The notes under the pieces were generated by a model. That model saw only the letters and a program-made list of their open reading frames with translations, was not told the origin of the DNA and did no database searches. Of a stretch of DNA of 64,000 nt, positions 56,643-64,000 are shown piece by piece. Source of the stretch: Candidatus Sericytochromatia bacterium (lineage in GTDB: Bacteria > Cyanobacteriota > Sericytochromatia > UBA7694); contig CAWCRG010000017.1 of assembly GCA_963797915.1 (NCBI GenBank), positions 171,074 through 235,073 on the forward strand, in the 5' to 3' direction. Made by a program: the position numbers and the translations under genes. The stretch's first letter is position 1, and each line of letters starts with the position of its first letter.

Positions 56643-58217
56643 GAACCAGAGTAAGAAGACGATCAGGAGCAGGCCACCGCTGAGCACCAGGTTTAGACCG
56701 CGCTGATTGTCTTTGAGAGCCGCTTCGTTTACGCCGCTGTTTTCAAACAGGCTCAGATGCTTACTGCTGGGACGCTCCGACAACAGGCTGACCCCAATAA
56801 TTACGCCCCATGAAATACAAAATAACAGCACGGCAAAGTGCAAGAAGTTAATCGTGGCGAAGCTGTGTAAGGGGCCTGTCGTCAAATAACCGGCTTTTAC
56901 CGCAATTTCGCTGGCGAAGCGCAAAAAACCTAAAATGCAGCCCGTAATCAAAGCACTGAAAGCGCCCTTGCCATTGGCGCGCTTCCAGAGCACACCGGCC
57001 AAAAAGACGGCGGCAATCGGCGGTGAAATATAAGCCTGAACCGACTGCAAATACAGGTAAATCTGCTCGCTCATCAGTCCCAATAAAGGCAACCATAAGA
57101 GCCCCATAATGACCATGACAATGGTGGCCATCTGACCTGCTCTGACGAGCTCTTTTTCTTTGGCTTCGGGCTTATAACGGCGATAAAAATCCATAGCGAC
57201 AAGGGTTGAGGCACTGTTAAACACGCTCGATAATGAACTCATCAGGGAGGCCAATAAGCCGGCAATTACCAGACCCTTAATACCCACCGGCAAGAGAGTG
57301 TTCACCAGTGTTATATACATCTTATCAGGAGCCATCTCCGGGTATAGAATGTGTCCAGCGAGGCCCGGTAAGACTAAGATAAACACGGGCAACAGCTTTA
57401 AAAAGCCTGCAAAAATGGTGGCTTTTCGGGCATGGTCAAGGTTTTTAGCAGCTAAGGTGCGCTGCACAATCATTTGATCGGTACACCAGTACCAGATGCC
57501 TAAAATGGGGGCGCCAAACAAAACCCCTGTCCACGGAAAATCAGGATGACTGGAAGGCTTCCACAGATTGAGGTAGCCCGTAGGTGTTTGAGACAACATG
57601 CTAGAGATGCCGCCCACCTCCTGAATGGCCAGATAGGTTAATAAAAAACCACCGGAAATAAGAATCCCTGCCTGCAGAAAGTCTGTATAAATAACGGCCC
57701 GGAGGCCCCCAAAGAGGGTGTAAATACCGGTGGCGACAATAAGCAGTGTGGCACTGACCCAGATATTCCAGCCTAAAATAGCGTTGAGCACGAGGGCTCC
57801 TGCATAAACAGATACCGATATTTTGGTGAATACATAAGCCAGTAAGGACACCGAGGCCAGGTACGTGCGGCATGCCCGGTTAAAGCGCTTCTCTAAAAAC
57901 TCAGGCATGGTAAACACACCGGTTTTAAGATAAAAGGGCACAAAAAGCCAACCCAGAATCAGTAATATAATACAGGCTAACCATTCAAATTGCCCCACGG
58001 CCAGTCCGCTGGCGGAGCCTGTGCCCGCCAGGCCAATAAAGTGCTCCGCAGAAATATTGCTGGCAAATAGGCTGGCCCCAATAGCCATCCAGCCCACATG
58101 GCTACCGCCTAAAAAATAGCTTTTGCTGTCCTCGCGACTTCCACGGCTGCTCCACCATCCGATCACGCCAATCAACATAAAGTACAGAATCAGAATGGCA
58201 AAATCGGTGGAGGTCAC
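56610..58217 (-). CDS. sodium:solute symporter (SSF/SglT-like), GTG start overlapping the stop of the upstream giant gene
   Basis: The SSS-family N-terminus (YFLGGSHVGWMAIGASLFASNISAEHFIGLAGTG) and about 14 TM helices. Confidence 0.8.
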   Translation of the reverse strand: MTSTDFAILILYFMLIGVIGWWSSRGSREDSKSYFLGGSHVGWMAIGASLFASNISAEHFIGLAGTGSASGLAVGQFEWLACIILLILGWLFVPFYLKTGVFTMPEFLEKRFNRACRTYLASVSLLAYVFTKISVSVYAGALVLNAILGWNIWVSATLLIVATGIYTLFGGLRAVIYTDFLQAGILISGGFLLTYLAIQEVGGISSMLSQTPTGYLNLWKPSSHPDFPWTGVLFGAPILGIWYWCTDQMIVQRTLAAKNLDHARKATIFAGFLKLLPVFILVLPGLAGHILYPEMAPDKMYITLVNTLLPVGIKGLVIAGLLASLMSSLSSVFNSASTLVAMDFYRRYKPEAKEKELVRAGQMATIVMVIMGLLWLPLLGLMSEQIYLYLQSVQAYISPPIAAVFLAGVLWKRANGKGAFSALITGCILGFLRFASEIAVKAGYLTTGPLHSFATINFLHFAVLLFCISWGVIIGVSLLSERPSSKHLSLFENSGVNEAALKDNQRGLNLVLSGGLLLIVFLLWFLLSPLNGFTG

Positions 58218-61200
58218 TAGACCTTGACCTCATCAAAAAGAATGCGTTCCATTTGGGCTTGCACGACCTCAGCGACGTACCGTAAATCTTCGGCCATGAC
58301 CTCGGGATCCTGGCCGGGATCCATGATGAAAGAGATAATGATATCTTTGCCGAACTTGTCTGCTAAAATCTCCTCAGGAGAAGGGAATGTTTTGATCACC
58401 GTACCTGAACGTTCGAGCATCATTAATACGAGCGAGGCGCGCACCGATTTCATCATGCAGTTTTCCATGAGCGTAATATGAGCTTCCATCCCCCACATGG
58501 CTTTTTCTTCAGCAGAGCGAATCAGACGTTTTTCAATGGGGTTATAATAAGGCGTCACTTTTTCAATCATCTGCTTTTTACCCCGATTGGCGCCGGTTAC
58601 CGGGGGTAAGAACACGTCATTCCCCATCTTAAAATACCAAACCCGTTCTTGATTGGCGTCGATTTCAGTCAGCTCTCGGCCATTGTTGTAGGTAATAAAC
58701 GTATTGCCATTCTCAAGACGTTCGACACGGGTCGGGTTTAAAATTTTCTGACGTAAGGTTTTATTGCCTTCGTAAAGCCAGACCTCTTTTCCCTCCAGGG
58801 TGACTTCGAGCACCCGATGATTCCGGGTGTCAGCAATTAAGGTGTTGCCATTACTTAAGCGGGTCGCAAATTCAGGGGCAAAGAGCTGACCGGGTCCGGT
58901 GCCTTTCATGCGGCTGCCGTAGGACCAGCGCAGATTGCCTTCGCGATCGACTTCGCGAATGCTGTTGAGCATAGAATCGGCAAATAAAATATGTCCGTTT
59001 TCTAGTTCCTCGACATATTGGGGGGAAGAAATTTGCCCCATGCGCTTAAATTCCCAGGTAATCTCTTCGCGCCCGTTGATTTCTACGAGACGTTTATTGC
59101 GCTGGTCGGCAATGAGTGTGCGTCCAAAGTTAAGGCGCTGGGCCGCACGAGGGCCACCTGAGCGGTCTGTCTCAGGGCCTCTAAATTCTGCAATGACATC
59201 TTTATCGGTTTTTGAAATCTCCACCACGCGATTATTGCCAGTATCTGCCACCAGTAGGGTTCGGCGGGTTTCTGTGAGGTGGTAAGGGCGGGACAGGGTT
59301 TGGCCCATCTCAAAGCCGTAGTGCCATTTGACTTCACCCTTACGATTGATGCGAATGACGGCGTTGTGGTGTTTATCAATGGCGTAATGACGAAGGCCTT
59401 TGAGCTCTGTGTTTTCTGCCTGAAAAATTTCAGAGGGTTGAAAGGTATCTAGCATTAACTCGTTGCGCAGGGTACGCTTGGATTCTAGCTTGCGATCTTC
59501 AATGAGGGATCTGAGTTTATCTGCAGCGCTATTGGATTTACCATCGTCATCGATATCGGTGGAGATCTCTCCCCGTAAACGGGCTTCGATCAGCTTTTGC
59601 ATGCGCTTAAAGTTAATTTTTTGGGCCAGACGCACCGGACGCAGCTCGCCATGATCAACAACCTTATAGACCAGTCGCTCGTTGCCATCGGCGTCCACAA
59701 CGACTTCAGGTGCGTCGACTTTGGGTTGAAAAGCCAGATCCTCAATTTTACTGTGCCAGACAAGCTTTTGACCACTTAGCATAATTTGCAGCATTTTATC
59801 TTCATCCATGATGAAAATATCTTTATTGATCATTCGAATCATTTTAATGGGAGACACTACCCGAAAGGCTTTTTCCATGTCGGGGGTGTAGTAGGTGCAT
59901 TCGTTGATAATATCGCCTGAGGGGTCAATCTCAAGAAGCCGATAATTACCGGCATCTAGAATCAACGTGTTTTCGTTAAACAATCGCATGGCTGCGGTGG
60001 GGGTTTTGAGCTTGTACTTCTCGCCAAAGACCTGTTCAATACCGCCCTCTTTTTTATACTCAATGACCCGATGATTGCCCGTGTCCGTGATCAGAAAGGT
60101 TTCGTTATGGGTGAACTGAACGTCACTGGGCGTATCGAGATTACTTCCTTCACTGCCGCGAACGCCTTGTACGCCAAACTCACGAATAATTTCGTGGCGG
60201 GTATTGACTTCTAAGACACGGTGATTGCCCTGATCGACAATTAGCCAATGGCGATCGCCCACATCTTCGGGTAAATAATAGGTGATTTTGACCGGCTCGT
60301 TGAGGGCGTGGGCTGGACTGGCGTGGGTATCGAAGCGCCAGAAAACTTTACCCCGCAGACCCACTTCTATAATTTGATTGCCGTCTTTGTCCACCACCAT
60401 GACGTTATCATTGGGCATCCACAGGGTATCCACAGGGTAGTCACAAGACAATTGATCGGGGTCCAGGTTCCAGCTGACATATTTATAGGGGTTGAGCTGC
60501 AATAGGCGCAGGCCTTGAGGGTCGGGAATGACGATATGTCCCCGGGGGAGGTTGGCGGTCGGTTCTGCAGAGGCGATGCGGCGTTTGTTGGCCCGGTCGG
60601 GACTTTCTAATTCAAAACCACACACATTACAGTCCCAGCTGCCCAGCAGTTTTTGATTACAATTGGGACATTGGTGAGGCACCAGACGGGCATTATCTTT
60701 GACGGACTCTTTAAGCTCGAGCATCATGACAATGGCTTCACGCACGATGACGCTTTTTAAGCCGTGTCCTTCAAAAAGATCCTCCACCTGCACAACGGTT
60801 GAGTCGTAGTCTTCTAGCTCGACACGGGCGCGTTCAGCCGCGTCCTGCAACCGTTGTACGACATCTTCATAGGTGCTGATATCTTCATCGACCTGCTTTT
60901 GGAAGGTATTTAAAAGAATGTCGTAAATCTCTTCTCGGGCTTCTGGTGGCAGAGAGATATGATTGGTTTTTTTCGGGGTAATACTGAGCGTATCAGAGTC
61001 TGGATTGTTTTCGGTACTGGTGGCAATATCCATAATCTGGTATTCCACCTCAAGGAATTCTTCTTCCTTGTCGGCTTCGTCAGCGCTATCCTCTGAAGCC
61101 GCGTCTAACTCGTCTTCATCTAACTCATCTTCAGCATGAATAACGGCGGGTGCATCTTCTAAGTCGGGATCTTCGCCCAGTTGTTCCCGCAGTTCCCGTT

Positions 61201-62353
61201 TTAGGGTCCACATGGCCTGGGGGCCCATGAGTTCTGCCCCCAGCACAAGCTCTTCAAGGCTGCGCGTATAAGGTGCCAGTTCATTGGCAATACCGTAAGC
61301 CAGTTGGTAAGGTTTGATTCCGTCTTTGAGCGAATACCGGCGAAGGGTTTTAACCTGTTTGGCGTCAATGACGCTAATAATTGGTGTAAAGGGCTCAGGA
61401 CTATTCAAATAGCTCATCACCATGACAAACTCTCCACCCGGAGAGACGCTTAACAAATCGCAGGGGTCACTGCTATCGGCCTTAAACAAGTCGCCTTTGA
61501 GCTTAATGTCTTTTTCGGACTCCCAGGTCTGGGTATTGACGTAATGCAAGCCAACATTGGGCTTGATACTTATCAAAAAGAGGTGTTGACCGGTAGGGGC
61601 CATGGCGAGGTTTCCCAAAATACCCAGGCCCACGCGCTGGCGCTCTAAACGCAAGGTTTCGAGACTTAGTTTATAAAGCCCGGCACTTTGGTTGTCTGTA
61701 ATATAGACCATGCCCTGATCTTCATCAATGGCTATATTAAGTGTGCTTAGCCCGCCGCTGGATCGAATATTGATGGGTTCTGAAAGCTCTCTATTGCGGG
61801 TGTTGAAAATTCTTACTGACCCCGCTCCACGGTCGCTAATGCAAAGATATTGTCGGCTGGGAGACAGGTAGAGATCAAAAGGGGTGCTTTCGGGCTTGCC
61901 TTTGTAAACGCCCGCAAATATCGCGTGACGAGACTGGGCAAGATGTTGGGTGTCGAGGCGGCCTTCATTGTATAAGTAGACGCGCTCATCGGTAACGACA
62001 AGTCCGTAGGGAGCGTTGAGCTCTCGGTCAAAGATTTCCTGGCGCTGGCCTTCTTGCGTGTCAGCCAATAAGGCATGGCTACCCCAGTCGTCCCAGTCTT
62101 CAATGTTATATCGGGGCGATTGGGGCGTTGCTAAAGAAACATTCGCCTCGACGGTTCCCGAAGGATGACTTTGAATACGTAATTCATTTTTTTTGAGATC
62201 AATAAGGTAGGCGGTGCCAGCGACTTTATCCTGGTGGCTGATAAAGTCTTGCTCCTGCTTTTGCAGGAGCTCTTGCAGGGTTTCAGCGGGCACTAGTTGG
62301 CGCTCAATCAGAGCTTCCTGGAGAATTTCATTGGTTATCTTTGATCTTGCCAT
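58217..62353 (-). CDS. 1378-aa multi-domain protein: N-terminal beta-propeller-like region, acidic linker, zinc ribbon (CPNC...CNVC), about 10 NHL-type propeller repeats, and a ~110-aa C-terminal alpha/beta domain
   Basis: There are repeated D[TQA]GN[HNY]R[VL][LVI]E[VIY] blades: DQGNHRVLEV, DTGNHRVIEY, DAGNYRLLEI, DTGNNRVVEI, DQRNKRLVEI, DTRNHRVLEV. A CPNCNQKLLGSWDCNVCG ribbon and an Asp/Glu-rich linker are present. There is no signal peptide. Confidence 0.6.
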   Translation of the reverse strand: MARSKITNEILQEALIERQLVPAETLQELLQKQEQDFISHQDKVAGTAYLIDLKKNELRIQSHPSGTVEANVSLATPQSPRYNIEDWDDWGSHALLADTQEGQRQEIFDRELNAPYGLVVTDERVYLYNEGRLDTQHLAQSRHAIFAGVYKGKPESTPFDLYLSPSRQYLCISDRGAGSVRIFNTRNRELSEPINIRSSGGLSTLNIAIDEDQGMVYITDNQSAGLYKLSLETLRLERQRVGLGILGNLAMAPTGQHLFLISIKPNVGLHYVNTQTWESEKDIKLKGDLFKADSSDPCDLLSVSPGGEFVMVMSYLNSPEPFTPIISVIDAKQVKTLRRYSLKDGIKPYQLAYGIANELAPYTRSLEELVLGAELMGPQAMWTLKRELREQLGEDPDLEDAPAVIHAEDELDEDELDAASEDSADEADKEEEFLEVEYQIMDIATSTENNPDSDTLSITPKKTNHISLPPEAREEIYDILLNTFQKQVDEDISTYEDVVQRLQDAAERARVELEDYDSTVVQVEDLFEGHGLKSVIVREAIVMMLELKESVKDNARLVPHQCPNCNQKLLGSWDCNVCGFELESPDRANKRRIASAEPTANLPRGHIVIPDPQGLRLLQLNPYKYVSWNLDPDQLSCDYPVDTLWMPNDNVMVVDKDGNQIIEVGLRGKVFWRFDTHASPAHALNEPVKITYYLPEDVGDRHWLIVDQGNHRVLEVNTRHEIIREFGVQGVRGSEGSNLDTPSDVQFTHNETFLITDTGNHRVIEYKKEGGIEQVFGEKYKLKTPTAAMRLFNENTLILDAGNYRLLEIDPSGDIINECTYYTPDMEKAFRVVSPIKMIRMINKDIFIMDEDKMLQIMLSGQKLVWHSKIEDLAFQPKVDAPEVVVDADGNERLVYKVVDHGELRPVRLAQKINFKRMQKLIEARLRGEISTDIDDDGKSNSAADKLRSLIEDRKLESKRTLRNELMLDTFQPSEIFQAENTELKGLRHYAIDKHHNAVIRINRKGEVKWHYGFEMGQTLSRPYHLTETRRTLLVADTGNNRVVEISKTDKDVIAEFRGPETDRSGGPRAAQRLNFGRTLIADQRNKRLVEINGREEITWEFKRMGQISSPQYVEELENGHILFADSMLNSIREVDREGNLRWSYGSRMKGTGPGQLFAPEFATRLSNGNTLIADTRNHRVLEVTLEGKEVWLYEGNKTLRQKILNPTRVERLENGNTFITYNNGRELTEIDANQERVWYFKMGNDVFLPPVTGANRGKKQMIEKVTPYYNPIEKRLIRSAEEKAMWGMEAHITLMENCMMKSVRASLVLMMLERSGTVIKTFPSPEEILADKFGKDIIISFIMDPGQDPEVMAEDLRYVAEVVQAQMERILFDEVKV

Positions 62354-62439
62354 GATTGCCTCATCTGATTTGTTATACCTATTCTAATACATAACTTTCA
62401 AAATCCAAGTTCTCTGAGGTGAATAAGTTGCTGAAGGAC

Positions 62440-62658
62440 TCAGGAGGGAGGCAGCTGCTTATCTTTTTCTTCCTCAGAGAGCTCAGGGTAATACACCGCT
62501 TTGATAATGCTCCAAAAACCGGTGGCGATGCCCAAAAAAATAAGGCCCAACATCCACCAGGGCTTGGTATTAAAAACTTGATCCAGATAATAACCGATAA
62601 CCATGCCAAAAATGACAGGTCCAACCATTTTATACGCAGTATCCATGCCAAAACCCAT
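62440..62658 (-). CDS. AtpZ/AtpI-like small membrane protein (2 TM)
   Basis: MVGPVIFGMVIGYYLDQVFNTKPWWMLGLIFLGIATGFWSII matches the AtpZ (ATPase_gene1) pattern. It lies 86 nt upstream of the giant gene, not next to an atp operon. Confidence 0.4.
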   Translation of the reverse strand: MGFGMDTAYKMVGPVIFGMVIGYYLDQVFNTKPWWMLGLIFLGIATGFWSIIKAVYYPELSEEEKDKQLPPS

Positions 62659-62741
62659 TGTTATACGCTCCCAATTCTCTGGTAAGATGATGTGAGACCC
62701 TTAAGATATGTAAAGAACCATAAGCGAGCTCTGTTTAGATC

Positions 62742-63836
62742 ATGAAGTCACGTTGCATTGTACCCTTTGTTTTTACCTCTTTGTTGCTCCTTCATTCCGC
62801 TGCCCTGGCGCAAGACACTGAGAGCATGCCCTTACCCGAAATGACGCCGGAGTATTTTCCTTCCGTGACCCCCTTGCCGGCACGAAGCCCCTCAGCGTTG
62901 CCCGTCCCTGAAGAACAGCCCTCAACGGTGCCTACGGTAACTCCCAGTTACGTCCCCACACCCGTTCAGGTGCGTCCTACCCCAATCCCTCTGGGAAAAG
63001 GGGTTCCCAAAATAAAGTTTGACCTGGCGGAAGCCATAGAAGGCCAAAGTACCCCGCTGACGCTGCGTGCAGTGGGGGCTGTACGTCAGTTTCCCGTAAA
63101 GGGTCACGTTGTTTTTGAGGATATGGACTACCAGGGCCAGAACAAATTAACCCAGAAAATCCCTTTTGTTTTAAAAGGAACCCAGCCGCAGTCTCTTACT
63201 CTGCGTTTTCACACACCGGGTAAAAAAACGGTGCGTATTGAAACAGCGAACCCGGAGTTGCCGACCCGCAATGTATTGGTTTATGTGAAGCCCTTCACCG
63301 CAGGCGTGTTTCCGCGAGAGATTAATCGCAACTGGAGTAAACAAGCCCGCGACTGGCAGGTGTTGGTTAATTTACATTATGATAATCGTCCGGGAAGTGC
63401 CCAGCGTCAATATTATGAAATCATTCATAAAGGAGAGTTGGTTCAGCGTTTACTGACTTCCAGCGCCACTGCCGATAGACTGACGCCTACGGGTAACTTT
63501 AAGCTGGGCGTTAAAGCGGCATCTCCGAAGTCTACACTGTACGAATCAGTGATGCCTTTTTGGACCACCATTATGGTGCCCGGATACAGCTATGAGTACG
63601 GTAACCACGGCTTAACCGGAGAGTCTTATATGTATTACCTGGGGGCGCCGGCTTCCCATGGCTGCTTGCGTTTGAGCAATAAATGGGTCAAAGACAATGG
63701 CGAGTGGTTGAACATTGGGGGGGCCCGCTGGGTCTATGAACATGTGCCTGTGGGTACACCCATTCACATTTATCGTCAGGCACGACAGCCTTTCGCTTTT
63801 GAAAACTATCAAATGTGGGTGAGTCAAAAACGCTAA
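62742..63836 (+). CDS. L,D-transpeptidase (YkuD domain) with signal peptide and Pro-rich linker
   Basis: The C-terminal catalytic motif SHGCLRLSN (HxxxxSHGC[IL]R) is present, as is an N-terminal signal peptide. Confidence 0.7.
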   Translation: MKSRCIVPFVFTSLLLLHSAALAQDTESMPLPEMTPEYFPSVTPLPARSPSALPVPEEQPSTVPTVTPSYVPTPVQVRPTPIPLGKGVPKIKFDLAEAIEGQSTPLTLRAVGAVRQFPVKGHVVFEDMDYQGQNKLTQKIPFVLKGTQPQSLTLRFHTPGKKTVRIETANPELPTRNVLVYVKPFTAGVFPREINRNWSKQARDWQVLVNLHYDNRPGSAQRQYYEIIHKGELVQRLLTSSATADRLTPTGNFKLGVKAASPKSTLYESVMPFWTTIMVPGYSYEYGNHGLTGESYMYYLGAPASHGCLRLSNKWVKDNGEWLNIGGARWVYEHVPVGTPIHIYRQARQPFAFENYQMWVSQKR

Positions 63837-63850
63837 GGAGTCTACCGCAT

Positions 63851-64000
63851 ATGTTCAGAAAAAATGGCCTGGGGCTGATTGTGCTGGGAGGGCTTTTGCC
63901 AGGACTTCTGTCAGGACAGACATCACCCACTGCTCAGGTTTCTGAACCGCTTCTGGGTACCGGCTTGCGGTTTGTTCCGCCTGAAGAATTAAGAGGTATT
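63851..64000 (+). CDS. hypothetical protein, 3' truncated by the window end
   Basis: An open frame from the ATG to the window end. The N-terminus looks like a signal peptide. Confidence 0.25.
   Translation, partial: MFRKNGLGLIVLGGLLPGLLSGQTSPTAQVSEPLLGTGLRFVPPEELRGI

Noticed and set aside
1-64000. CRISPR arrays, prophage, IS/transposase
   Set aside because: No regularly spaced direct repeats were seen. No integrase, transposase or phage structural proteins were recognised among the translated ORFs.

Overview
This is a dense 64 kb chromosomal segment from a bacterium with roughly 50% GC. It is probably a diderm, given LptB, MltG and an L,D-transpeptidase. About 65 genes lie on both strands with short gaps or overlaps. 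The 5' end cuts into a YciA-type acyl-CoA thioesterase and the 3' end cuts into an unknown ORF.

Housekeeping content includes thiolase, adenosylhomocysteinase, rpsT, ychF, a PccB-type carboxyltransferase, a UbiB/ABC1 kinase, dacB, mltG, lptB, a MalK-like ATPase and an LCP protein. There are three tRNAs: Leu-CAG on the plus strand, and a Glu-UUC/Lys-UUU pair on the minus strand followed by a perfect hairpin terminator. I found no IS element, integrase, CRISPR array or phage genes.

The most striking feature is a flagellar switch/export operon at 19.8-25.6 kb, in the order fliM-like, X, fliN, fliO, fliP, fliQ, fliR. X is a 657-aa polytopic membrane protein whose C-terminus is a FliN/SpoA domain. 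I know of no described counterpart for that architecture. FliR carries a C-terminal extension, FliN has an acidic tail, and the operon ends at a small ORF and tRNA-Leu instead of flhB/flhA. A group-3 sigma factor (FliA/SigB-like) lies 3 kb away.

The second theme is glycan and peptide modification. There are two TPR + GT41 (O-GlcNAc-transferase-like) genes, a GT2 gene, a GH57 gene, a TylF-type O-methyltransferase, a stand-alone LanC-like protein and a large secreted protein. Five genes are broken by 1-3 frame changes, mostly inside short homopolymers: both TPR/GT41 genes, GT2, GH57 and a DUF4344-like lipoprotein. This points either to systematic indel errors in the assembly or to phase-variable or decaying glycosyltransferases.

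Other notable items:
- A 1378-aa multi-beta-propeller (NHL-repeat) protein with a zinc ribbon, translationally coupled to a sodium:solute symporter and preceded by an AtpZ-like mini membrane protein.
- A Ser/Thr kinase fused to a formylglycine-generating-enzyme domain.
- An orphan beta-class DNA methyltransferase.
- An FAD oxidoreductase fused to a 4-TM domain.
- A nucleotidyltransferase plus a small coupled ORF.

The ORF track evidently accepts TTG/GTG starts. Several 'M' starts are non-ATG (the fliM-like gene starts with TTG, the SSS transporter with GTG). Several track ORFs are N-terminally over-extended and I have trimmed them.
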